Below are positions 25,331 through 37,370 of a stretch of DNA of 64,000 nucleotides, in pieces. The stretch covers positions 1 through 64,000 of the forward strand of contig NW_021833807.1 of assembly GCF_006345805.1 (NCBI RefSeq), read 5' to 3'. Below the pieces are notes generated by a model that saw only the letters and a list, made by a program, of their open reading frames with translations, had not been told where the DNA came from and ran no database searches. This DNA is from Octopus sinensis (Eukaryota). The position numbers and the translations under genes were made by a program. Each line of letters begins with the position of its first letter. Position 1 is the first letter of the stretch.

Positions 25331-26254
25331 CAAGAACAAGAGAGAGAACGAGTATGCTAGTAAATCTAATTAATCCGGAATGAATGAAGGTTCTCATTCT
25401 TTTTAAATTCTTTTATTTTTATTCATTGGCGTTCGGCTGTTTCTTAGACTAGGATTTCAACACGTTCCATCTGAGATTCATCTAGTACTTAGAATCATGG
25501 CGGCGTCACTCGTCAAGATCGAGTTTCCAGTAGAGGCAACCTTTCAACTACGGCGGTGAATCACGTAACGATTATTTCAATGGATATTGAGGAAATTAAT
25601 GAGCGACTGAGTGAGAAAGTAGCCACCAAGAGACATCAGTGAAACCTGTAGAGTACACAGACGCTGTATTCCAGCCATGAGCCTGGCAGAAATTGGCGGA
25701 TAAAAAGCCAAGGGGAGATAGCTGGAATCAATATCAATTACATTTTTATTTGGATTTAAATATTTTTGGTAGGATTAAGTGGCGAATTATAGTCTTTTTA
25801 TTTGAATTTTTTTTCTTGGGATCAGAAACTTGTTCGAGACTTTATTTTTATGTAATGCATGAGAACTAATGATATTTAAAATTGTGTTGTAATTAAAATA
25901 TAGTTCATTTTTAATTAAATATTGTTTAATTATTTAATTTTCAATGGCAAACCTAATGAATTAAGCCACGTGTGACCACGCTGTTGATCCATTATGTAGC
26001 GCTGTTGTCTTTATTTGGTTTACCTTTATTTATATATTTAATTGGATTCAAAGGAATATTTCGGGATGTAGTTTCTTTTAATGGTTAAATTATTTGAAAT
26101 TTCATCATTTTTGTGATATTTTCCGATTTTATTTCTTTAATCGTTTTTTTACTTATTTTGAATTTTTTAAAACACAATTATTTTCTTTTTCATTTTTATT
26201 CATTCAGGTTTCTCTGATTTTTAAAAAATGAATTGCCAGTTTATTGAGATAATT

Positions 26255-26810
26255 CATTATCCAGTGGGTCAAATTAGTCTTGCGACACTTGTATATTTTT
26301 AATAAAATTTTCTTTTCTTAAACATACCTGTTTTTATCTCATTTTTTCCAAAGGCTAAAAAATTAAACAAAGTTTTTTACATAATAAAACATTTAAAAAT
26401 AATCCAAAGAAAATTTTATTTTAAAAAAATTTTGACATTTTAAACAAACAGTCACAAAATCAAATGCTAATTAGTCTTGGGACAAATTACTTAATACTTT
26501 GTAAAGTATCCGTTATTCTCCAAAACTGCATTTAAGCGATTTTTATAATTGTTAACAAGCTTTTTACAAGTTTCAACAGGAATTTTATTCCATTCTTCAA
26601 AACAAAATGATTTTAATTCCGCGATATTTTTTGGATTATGCGGCCATACTTTTGCTTTTAATTCCTTCCAAAGGTTTCCAATCGGATTAAGATCTGGGGA
26701 CTGACTTGGCCATTCAAGGGTATCAATCAAATGTTCTTCTAGCCATTTTTGAGTTTTTTTGCGGTGTGCTTTGGATCATTGTCTTGTTGAAATGTCCAAT
26801 TTCCTGCAAT
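26255..26810 (-). mobile_element. Tc1 transposon 3' part
   Basis: FQQDNDPKHT, WPSQSPDLNPIGNLW, NGYFTKY; IR/DR attagtcttg repeats. Confidence 0.9.
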
Positions 26811-29800
26811 CATTGAGCGACAACTCGTCTATGAAGAAAAATATTTTAAGGGTAAATAAAATAAAATTTTAAAACAATTACTTTTTATTCTGAACTTTTA
26901 AAGCAAATCAAACCATCAATTAGCTTAAAATAGCAATCTACTTCAAATTCATGAAAATTTTCACATGCTATTCTCAGTTCAAGTTCCTTTTTGCAGTCTG
27001 TCGCAGACACTTCAAGATACCTTCCTGACTTAATTTGTGTCATTTTCACAAAGTCTTTGTTCTTCCCTGCCCAAAACATTGACAAAAGCTGCCAAATTTG
27101 TGTGCGCTCTGTTAAAAGAACTGTTCAACAGCTTATGCCAACCTTCCAATGAATTGGTCGTCCTGGGCATTGACTTTAATACCCGATGAAAACAACTCCA
27201 AAAACTGATCTCATAAGATGGGTCAGCAATAAATTGTTTTTTAAAATAAATCAAAAAATTCATTATTTGTTGGTTGTTTTCTTTTCCTGTCGCATCAAGA
27301 GAAAATTTTTCAAATTCCAATAAAACATTTTCCACAGGGATGAAAGCTAAATGGTAGCATTTCCTCAATAATTTTCGTTCCGACGATGAAACGTCTTTGT
27401 AGGCTCCCACAAGACCAAGACATTTTATTTTCCGCCATATGATTTGGCCGAAATGGAAATTGCAGCCAAATACATTAGACGACAAAAAACTGATTTTGTG
27501 GAGTTAATTAACCCCTTTTCAAAATCAATTAAAATACTCATCAAAATTTTTTCCGTTGCCTGACCGTGGAGAGGAGAGCCGAGAATAATAAGGTCTTCCT
27601 TTTGGGTTATTCTGATTTCAGGAATGAGTGAGGTAAAGTTTCTGTGGATTTCATCGAAAGAGGCCACGTTAGTTTCTGTGGATTGGGTTGGAAACAATTT
27701 CTTGTTGTGGTGGTATCAATCAATTTTTCTTATCGTACATTCTTGTTGTGGTATCGATCTCATTCCATATCAATCTCTTTCCTTATATAATCTTTTTTCT
27801 TTTCTGTCTTTTTTTTCACTGTTTAATTTTTGATTATTGTAAATTCTTTCATCCTATACGTTTAATGAGTTCTCTATGCTACTCGTGCAACTGTACCAAT
27901 TCGCGCAAGAGGGGAAGGGTATGCTCCTCCTGCGGCAATTTTTACCACCTATCGTGTGTAGGTCTATCTAAGGCCTCATCTTCTCGTATTTCTCTATGGA
28001 GATGTCTCAATTGTCTAGAGGGTGTTGTTTTATCTAACACTTGCCTAATCGACCCTCCTAAGCCTACTCCCAGCACTCCTGCTGACGATTCCTCGTTCAA
28101 TAGTTATACATCTGTTGTCATTTTGCAATTTCTTTCGAATTTCCGCCTCTTAAAGAAGATCCCCATCAGACTGCCAAAAGGCTCACGTGCTACAGCCGCT
28201 GAATCCCTATGCACATTGATCCGTAAAGCCATAAATACCAACCAAAACGAGGACTGGGCCAAACTTTTCTGTTTCCCCGTATTCGCCCTGAACCTACACA
28301 CTAGCAAAGGCTCTTCCGAATCCCTGACTTCGAGGCTTAAGAACTCCATCCTCTTATATCGGAATCATACTATTTCCTTTTTTCTTTCCCAGAAATATGT
28401 TTTTCCCAAAACATCGAATAACACCTTCGAATGCAATTTCAGTAAAGAATCCATTCCAAACTATTGGAAGGTGACTTCACTGCCGCTCTAAGAATTCTTT
28501 GCAGTAACGACTCATTTGCCTCTATTGGGACAGGACTCTCGAGCTGTTAAGGAAAAACATCCCGACGTTAAAAATGATCTAGAATTCCTTTCTCGTCCTC
28601 ATTTTACCGAAGTTAAAAAAGTGAGCAAAGAAGAGCTCCTTTATAATCTCAAATCATTCCGACCCTCCAGTAGTGGGGGGTTAGACGGCCTTTGTCCCGG
28701 TCACATTCGCGACCTTTTATCACTCAATTCGTCTGATGCAGGTGTGAACCTAATTGATTCATTATGCGACCTGATAACCCTTTTCATCAGTGGCCATATC
28801 TTTGATTTCGCACGTTCTCTCTTCATGTCTGGAAGCCTCACCGCCCTTAATAAAAAGGACGGCGGAATTAGACCGATTTCTGTTGGGTGCACTTTTAGAC
28901 GCCTTGCAGCCAAAATATTATGCAGTCGTAGCTCCCATTCCTACCCGAGCATCTTTAAAAACATCCAATTGGGTGTCGGTGTCAGAGGAGGTTGTGAAGC
29001 ATCAGCCTATTCAGTCAGAGAGTTTATTGCTTCCAAGAATGTGTCTGACAATTGTGTCATCTTGAAAATTGACATGCGAAATGCGTTCAATTCGATCGAC
29101 CGTTCCTGTTTCCTTGGAGAGTGTATGACTCAGTTACCTGAAATCATGCCGTTCGCTAAACTTTGTTACGAGCACAGTTCCAGCCTCCTTTTCGAGGGTT
29201 CAAGTATCCTCTCGTCCACCGGGGTACAACAGGGTGATCCTCTCGGACCACTCCTTTTCGCATTGGGTATCAACCCTATAGCAATGTCAGTCAAATCTCC
29301 CCTAAACATTTGGTACTTGGACGATGTCACAATCGGTGGCCCGGCAGATCAGGTTCTCAAAGACGCCCTTATGATATCCTCTTGGCTCGGCCACATCGGG
29401 TTATCCTTGGATCCGTCAAAGTGTGAGCTGACTAATCTTAACGTGGCCTCTTTTGATGAAATCCACAGAAACTTTACCTCACTCATTCCTGAAATCAGAA
29501 TAACCCAAAAGGAAGACCTTATTATTCTCGGCTCTCCTCTCCACGGTCAGGCAACGGAAAAAATTTTGATGGAAAAGACATCAAATATGGAACAAGCAGC
29601 GAGTCGGTTATCCCAGCTAGATGCACATGAAGGCTTGTTCCTCTTGAAGAATTTTTTATCCATTCCAAAAATTCTGTATATCCTCCGTTCATCTCCATGT
29701 TTCCTTCATCCTAAACATCTTGGGTCAATAGACTCTATCATTCGTCGTCATGCCGAACTTATTTGTAATGTGCAACTTGATGATCTCGCATGGAAACAAG

Positions 29801-31404
29801 CTTCCCTACCTATTCGTATGGGAGGTATCGGTCTCCGTTCACCTACCGACTTGGCTCTTCCAGCCTATTTGGCCTCACGATCATTTTGTGGTCCCCTCAT
29901 CGGCGTCATTCTCAAGTCTTTAAATGAATGTACCCCGTGTCGGTGGATGCAAAACGGCCTCGAGTCTTGGAGCAGTCATGGTCTGAGATTCCCCGAAGTG
30001 GAATCTTTACAGAGACATTGGGACGAAATCTGGTGTAGGGAGACTTACAGAGTTATCGAACTGTGCATGGACCAAGAACGGATCATATGTCTCAGATCGG
30101 GTGCACAACCCACTTCTGGCTCCTGGATAAGCGCTTGTCCTATTGAGTCTACCGGTTGTAAACTGGACGACGATACCATTAGGATCGGCCTATGTCTACG
30201 TCTCGGCTTACCGATGTGCACCCCACACCCCTGCAAATGTGGAAAGAGGATTGGTCCATTGGGAAGGCACCCACTTTCTTGCACTCGTAGCGCCGGTCGT
30301 TTTCCCCGACATTCCGCCGCCAATGACATCATCAAAAGGGCCATGGACGCTGCCGGATTCCACTCTCAACTCGAACCAGCTGGTCTCGATAGAGGGGATG
30401 GCAAACGCCCAGACGGCGTAACCATCTACCCGTAAACGAGAGGGAAAGCACTTGTTTGGGATTTTACCTGCCCTGACACGTTTGGACCTTCTTCATTCGG
30501 AAGTTCGGCATTCTTTCCTGGCTCTGCTGCAAAACGTTCTGAAGAGTTGAAGAAAAAGAAATACTCTTTCCCGGCAGACAAATATCTTTTCCAGCCGATC
30601 GCTGTGGAGACTTCCGGAGTCTTTGGATCAGAGAGTTTTTCGTTCATTCGAAGATTGGGTGGTCTAATCACCAAAAAAACAGGTGATCCGCGGGAGACGT
30701 CGTGGCTCTTCCAAAGGATTTCGTGTGCAATTGTCCGCGGAAATTCACACGCTATCCTAGGGTCATTCTAAAATAATTGATTAAAACAATTTTGACATGT
30801 TACAAAAAATTAAAATACTTGCTGGTGAAGTAACAAGTGTCTTTATTTCTTCAAATAATGCACAGTAGGGATTTTCTGTTTTGTTGAGCAAAAGAGCGTG
30901 CGAAAGAGGCCAGAATTTACCTAAGTATTTTCCTTGTATTGTAATCATTTGTTCGAATTGATTAGGCACGCTTTTAAAGGTACCATCGATAACCCAGACA
31001 TCTGATTTTCTTAAAATGTCAACCTGATAATCCGAACAAAAAATGACGTAACGATTTACATCATTAATTCCAGAATCCTTGCGATAAAAAATTTCGTCCC
31101 GATCATTATACCACAAACTTTCAGGAATTTCAGGAATGGTCGCAACAAAATTTGGTATCAGTGTTTCTCTATCCCGTTGAACGAGACGAGTCAATGAACG
31201 TTTTTTTGGCAAGATTTTAATGACGTCAACATTGGCGCCAATGAGGCTTATTGACACCACATTCATAGTTCTGTCTTCTGTTTCAGGTCAGAAACTAGTT
31301 TCATGCTTTTTATCTCATGATCCTCAAATTTTAATTAATTTAGACTTAATCTGGTAAAAATAAAATTTTTTATTTATTTTAAGTAGGCGAGTTGTCGCAT
31401 AGCC
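26811..31404 (-). mobile_element. MULE/MuDR transposon interrupted by CRE, inserted in Tc1
   Basis: WVIDGTFK, SILIDFEKGLIN..GCNFHFGQ, PRTTNSLEGWH; imperfect TIR core gcgacaactcg(c/t)cta at both ends. Confidence 0.85.
27539..30807 (+). mobile_element. Near full-length CRE-like retrotransposon with N-terminal PHD finger
   Basis: 12-bp TSD aattaaaatact (27527-38, 30808-19); ATG 27865; PHD C4HC3, RT, CKCG knuckle, RPDG RLE; frameshifts near 28390 and 30433. Confidence 0.92.
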
Positions 31405-31597
31405 GTTCTTCTAGCCATTTTTGATTTTTTTGCGGTGTGCTTTGGATCATTGTCTTGTTGAAATGTCCAATTTCCTGCAATACCACATTTCTCAATTGAC
31501 GAAAATAGATTTTTTTCCAAAATATCACAGTATTTAGAAGCATTCAATATTCCGTCAATCACATGAAGTTCTCCAACGCCCCAAGAAGAAAAACACC
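31405..31597 (-). mobile_element. Tc1 transposon, upstream part
   Basis: IDGILNASKYCDILEKNL..WTFQQDNDPKHT; overlaps the 3' part by ~78 bp. Confidence 0.85.
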
Positions 31598-31930
31598 TGT
31601 TTCATCAAACAACTATAAGTTTAGGTAAATATATTAAACTATCTGGTTTGTTGTAACCCAATTCTAACGCCTGTTGATAAACGATTTTTGTTGTCCGTTT
31701 GTCCTTGGCATATATTGAATAAATTTTCTTTTTCTGCCTACCTTTGAACATCCCACATACAGCTGTCCTTTGAAAAAGCACTCGCTCTGTAAAATAAGTC
31801 AAAATTCGTAAGATATAAACATCCTCAACTCTATACTTACCTGTTAATATCGTCGTTTCTATTACGTTAGCCATCAAATTTTTGACAACTAACCTCGTTC
31901 CGTTGCATAATTTAGGCGGCGCATGATTTT
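31598..31930 (-). mobile_element. Helitron PIF1-like helicase fragment
   Basis: PPKLCNGTRLVVKNLMANVIETTILTGK..VYILRI. Confidence 0.85.
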
Positions 31931-32163
31931 TTATTTTTTGAGTTTTCTTTTTTAGATTTTGTCGTATCTTCTTTCCTGTTTAGTTTTTATTTTGTTATTG
32001 CTGAACAGTAAAAGTTTTTGATAGACAAATACATTGATAAAATTATTTTTGAATAATTAAGAAGATTAAGAAAAGAGGAATACCGAAAATAAATTCTATC
32101 TTAACGAAAAACTTAACTTTTCAAATTAAAAAGTAGATAAAATATGATCAAGTAAAATAAAAA

Positions 32164-32525
32164 TTTCAATTTGAACACAAAATAAACATGCTCCCCTATT
32201 TAACAAACCCTAACGTAATTATCTCGTTAGTAAATTTTAGGGATCTCCTGAACTATATGAATTATGTTCAGTTATTGTTCAGTAAGGCTATTCTAATATC
32301 AAAGGGCATTACATTTGTTATGTAATGTCCGAAACTGGTGAATGGCTAATTATTAATGACCATCGAGTTTTATTTATAATATTTTTCTAACTGATACAAA
32401 TAACAACGCTGAGTGCCGTGTTAGAGTCTTGTCTATATTTGCTATTTTACAAAAGAATAGAAAAGCCAATGGCTGATGATGACGAAACTGAGGTAACGCT
32501 GCTTCTCCAATTTTCGAACAAACTG
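32164..32525 (+). pseudogene. Ubiquitin-specific protease (USP) C-terminal fragment
   Basis: YELCSVIVQ*GYSNIKGHYICYV..WLIINDHRV..YLLFYKR (His box); 26-nt intron 32215-40; in-frame TAA 32283-85. Confidence 0.7.
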
Positions 32526-32949
32526 AATTCTTGATCAAACTTTTGTCAGGGAAAAGAAAGATTAAATGTGAAAGCGCTAGGGGATGCAAAGTTCATATTA
32601 GAGTGATATAAACCTCACTTTTGTTCAGAATTTTTTTGTTTTGAATTCTATTTTTTGTGTTGATTTATTTTTATCAGTTTAATAAAATTTATTCCTGTTA
32701 ATTAGAGCGTAACTTAAGCCATTATTAATGCATTTTATTAAAAAGTATTTAGAGAACATTGTTCTACTTTACGCCTTTTATTCAATTTATTGAATAGTTT
32801 ATAACAAGAAATTTCATCTAAAATATCTGCCTAATCGGAAAATTGTCATCTCCGTAACTTTAACCTATCAAAATAAGCTGTAATTTTCATTTTTTAATAA
32901 AACACTGTTATCAAAATGATGATTGCTGTCTCTAACAAATAATTTTTTA

Positions 32950-33830
32950 TTACGTACAGTAGGACTTCGGTTTGAGAGATAAAATAGGTTTACTTTCGCA
33001 AAGAGATACCGGACATAAAGTAAAGGGCCAGTAGGAGGCCTACACACTAAGTTGTCCATGGCTATTTCCTTCTAGCTAATCTCCTCGTTTTTACAGCAGT
33101 TTAATAATTCTTGCCTTAGAAGGGGACAAGATCCATCCTTCCAGCCCATACATCACTACTGGAAGAATATCTACCCGGAAAATGAATAGCACTGTCTCAG
33201 GGGGTAGGCGAAATTTGATTAGGCACATGATCATTTTTTTACACCGTTTTTTCCTCACACTTTCCATTTTCAAATAATTGGACTTCTAGGTACAAAAACA
33301 TTTGCCGAGATGCACAAAGGTTTTGGAACGTCTGCTAAATACACGTTAAACAATCATGGGCTGAGTACTGAGTTTTGAGATAGTCTCCTTTTTGGAGAAT
33401 GGCTTTCGAATCTTGACCAAGATACTTGACAAAAGAGATCCTTCCTTTCAGAAAACTCGCTACCCATCCAAAGGTTTCTGCTTCAATGTCAGAATTTTCC
33501 AGCAAGACGGAGTGGAAGACACTCGACACATCCAGACAGACAATACTGGTCGACAAGCCAGAATCTCGTGCCTTAGATACTATCGAATTCAGTAGAGTCA
33601 GCACAGGATCGGTCCGGACAAAAACCCCACTGATCGTGAAAAAGCCAGTGATTCTTTTCCATATGCAGTACTAGCCTATGCAGTATCACCGTCGCATTGA
33701 TTCAGGAACGTAAATTTTTGTACAAGCATCGATACCCATTCCTTATTAAAATTGTCAAGTGCATTTCAAATTTGGCTGATCATCATCTCAGACCGTTTGA
33801 TTTTTGGAGATGGCTTGCTTATCTAAATAA
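32950..33830 (-). mobile_element. Degenerate LINE RT remnant
   Basis: IVCLDVSSVFHSV, WVASFLKGR, ILPVVMYGLEGW. Confidence 0.7.
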
Positions 33831-33905
33831 ATTCGATTTTAATTTGTAAAACTAGAATAACGAATGACATCTGACTAGTAATACTAGGTGGCTTGTATGG
33901 GTTTA

Positions 33906-34943
33906 TTAAAACAAAGAAAGTTTGGCGAGAGTGGTGAAGGACTGAGAGGAAACAAGTGGGATTTGACTGCTGCGTCCGGCAAGGAAGATAGAGTGTGGGA
34001 GGAGATGAGCAAAGTTGTAGATAACAGGAAGAGGAGTGCAAGAAGAGAGGAGTTTTCCAGCCATATCCCATACATTGAGGGCAGTGCCGGCCGAATAAAC
34101 CCAAATGTGAGTGAGAAAGTACTTTTCCGTCTTCTGTAATGTTAAGAGCGAAGATTTGGTGGTCGGTGTGATAGGTTTGGGCGTGCTTCCAGAAGCGGGT
34201 GCTCCACAAGGAAGGGGGAGTGTCTCCCGCAAAGACAAGCCAGTGGTTGGAGGGGTGTAGGGCGACAGAAGTCAGGGTGGATGACTGTTGGAAGAGATGG
34301 ACACACTGGCCGGTCTTGTAGTCTGTGAATGAGAGGAGTGGGTAACCCCACATTGCAGCCTGGCCATCCTGGAGACGGAGACGGCAAAGTCTGGAGAGAC
34401 AGCAATATCCATGACAGGCCCAGAATGGAAGGAGAGAGTATTCTAGGATTGAGGGCAGCCAAGTACGAGAAAGGAGGCTGTGTGGAGGTCCATGATATGA
34501 ATGGAGTGGTCTCGGCAGCCAATAAAGAGTAGATTGTCATTCTAAAACACTACACTCAATTCTGAACTGTGGTCATGCTCACTATGTCCTTCTCCTTTCG
34601 GCAATATCTACATATCTCCTACACACTCACGTGGATGACTCAATCTGTCTTTCCCAGTCCTTCCTCCCATCACTCCACAAGTGCGCCATCACTCGATCAC
34701 CAGCTCCACTGACAGTCACTCCACATATTACATCAACACATGTCGCTCAGTGCATGCCAGCCCTGATATTCCCTCTTCCCACGCTGCTTGTCATTCCACA
34801 CAGTCACCTTGGATGACCACTCCACTCTCTCCCACTCGCGATATCCCCAATTGCCCGTAGTTGTTCGACGCGGCCATGTATTCCCCGCACGGGGATATTG
34901 ACACAGCCAATATTGTCATAAACTTGCACGCCTCCACCTTCAT
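33906..34943 (-). pseudogene. THOC6: THO complex subunit 6 (WD40), GC-rich, with micro-introns and lesions
   Basis: MTILAVSISPCGEYMAASNNYGQL matches the THOC6 N-terminus; C-terminus aligns to the stop; 21-26 nt introns; 1-bp deletion ~34370 and GG instead of AG acceptor at 34101-02. Confidence 0.8.
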
Positions 34944-35176
34944 CACTTAATATTTAGTACAATTATTCACACTATTTATATTTTTTATACTTCCTTATTA
35001 CATAATTAATCTCTCATGGTCCAACCGCCTTAAAATTGAGACTACACTATGCCGAGCTGCGGCTAACATAATGCAAATTTCCAATTTGAACAATATTAAG
35101 TCCGCTTGACCACCTAATTAAGAAAGATAGAAAGGGCTTCTTAGCATTTTAACAGAACCAACTGTCAAAAGACCAT

Positions 35177-35368
35177 CATATGTCAATTAGCAACCAAAAG
35201 CACATCATCCCGATTCAATTCCTTTCGAAAACAGTTCCCCACCCGTTCCGCACTTGCGTTGGGTCCAGAGTTCAATATCGGGAAAAGCTGAGAAAGATTT
35301 TCAGGATTGTTGGAATCACTTAATTAATTACTCTAATTAACTGTTGGTGATTTTTGGGTTAAAAAAAC
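35177..35368. repeat. Unclassified ~190-bp dispersed repeat, copy 2
   Basis: Same boundaries as copy 1 (catatgtcaattagcaa ... gggttaaaaaaa). Confidence 0.9.
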
Positions 35369-36610
35369 ATATTCCCCCTTCGATAAAATCAAACAAGCTT
35401 CCCTACTCCCCTCTCACCATCCCAGTTTACTCACCACATTGGTCCTGTGAGGTCATCCTTTTGAGGCAACTGCCTGCTTTTTGGATGAATCTTTGAAAAT
35501 CCGAGTCTGCCGCGGGCTACCCCTTTCGGCCAAATCAAATGTACGGACCGACGAGTTTGGCTATCTCTCCGTCGCATTTTCACGAAATTAGACGTTCCGA
35601 ACTAAACGGATTATCCGTTGGTCTCTCAGAACTGCTGGATTTTACTTTCTATTGGAACCTGCAAGGATTTTTAGCGAAAGATGGCCAGATGGGATCAACT
35701 TTCCTTTTTAGGAGAGAAAGTGTCTGGTTTGGGACGTCCATGCATGAATCTTTTTTGCAATCTTTTTTGCAAGAAATGTAGATCAAAAATCCTGTACTTT
35801 TATCTGAACGTTCCGAACAAAAAAATCTGAGAAATAAGCTGGAATTCAGAATTGCAAAGTATTGTACCCTGTGAGCTGAAACGTCAAACATATCGGGACC
35901 TTCTAATCGAAATCTGCATCGACATATTAGGTCACTTATGGAGGAGGTTACATGTCTCTCATCTGAGCACATAACCGAACATAAAATTATTGTTAATCTT
36001 CTCGTCTTCCTTTAAAAAATTATAATTATTATAAAATCAGAAAAATTACAAATAAAATTCCATAATGTGGTATTTCGTTCTTGCTTGGTTGCTTACTTAC
36101 TGATTAATTGATATACATATTTTCTATTACTTACACTAATGATGGCATACAATTCAATTGATTCTATTAAGTTCCTTATTAATATCAGTTTATTTTTAAA
36201 ATAATTTTTTATGATGACTAACGATGGTCTACTTATGATAATGATGACCTATAATTGTACTGAAATTATTAAGTATTATTTTTTCAATAATTTAAATACT
36301 TGACATTGTGAAAATACTGTAAGTGAATTAGTGTTAAATCAAATTTGAAATCAGTTTTTGTAAAATTATAAAGTTTTACTATATGTTTCTGGACTGTCCT
36401 TATCGTCTGGTTTCGTTGATTTAGCAAGGTTATGCACCTTCTGTGTTTGTTAAAGCTGTAAAGAGTTTGTAGAGTAGATTAGTATTTTGCAGATATAGCT
36501 TTCTGTCAATAAGAATGAAATTTTCAGCTTTCTTTTTTAGTCAGAAGTTTTTAACTTTTGAGATATTTACGTTTTACTCTTCAACTTTACTATTAGCATA
36601 TTAAATGATG

Positions 36611-37370
36611 TACAGTAAAGCCTATCGAATCTACTTATTTTAATTAAAAATTTGAAGATTGGCAAATTATGATAAAAAATCTATTGCTGATTTTAATGAC
36701 AAAATCAGTTTAAAAATCGAAAAATATGGATTGAACAATGTTTATAATGCAGATAAAACCGGTGTTTTTACATGGAGATTTCTTCTAAATGTGTACACTA
36801 AATTAAGGAGTGGAATAAAATTATAGGGATAGATTTTTTTTACTATTATGCGCAAATTGTTCCGGTCAAATAAAAGAAGATCGGCAATAATAAAAAGATT
36901 CGAAATTCCAAGGTGTTTTAAAAATTTTAACATTGAAAATTAAGTTACCTACACCCATTTCAATAAACCATAGATGAACCGTAAATTATTAATAAATGGC
37001 TAGGTGATTTTGATTGCGAATTTGCAAAGACAAATTATACTTGAAAAAGATCAATGCACATCTCATCAAATTATTATCACGTTAAATTTTATTGAAATTA
37101 TTTTTGTCTCTTTTTGACGGTTAAAAAAGTTCAATAAGTTATTGATTTAATTAAATATAAAACTTGGGATTATGGCGAAGGAATCGAATGAGAAAAGAGT
37201 TAATCTTTCAAAAGCTTTCAGAGCTCTAGAGATTATTAAAACTTATGCTTTTTAGGAAAATGGAGATATAGATGATTACGAAAATATTATGAAAATAGGG
37301 AAAATGTTAACAAATCAAATTAAAAACATAAAATTTATGATTTTTATCAATAAAAATAATTTTTTGACCA
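36611..37370 (+). mobile_element. pogo/Tigger DDE_1 pseudogene
   Basis: TA|cagtaaagcc start; YNADKTGVF, PRCFKNFN..LPT; many stops. Confidence 0.7.

Noticed and set aside
31833-31843. ATACTTACCTG, the 5' end of U1 snRNA
   Set aside because: Lies in antisense Helitron coding sequence (TGKY) and nothing downstream resembles U1.
32283-32285. In-frame TAA as a sign of an alternative genetic code
   Set aside because: TAA terminates RPL30, Lhx1/5 and THOC6 normally; a pseudogene lesion is the simpler explanation.
32473-32496. CTGATGA..GAAAC hammerhead-like core
   Set aside because: No stem I pairing; it is the ADDDET coding stretch after the USP domain.
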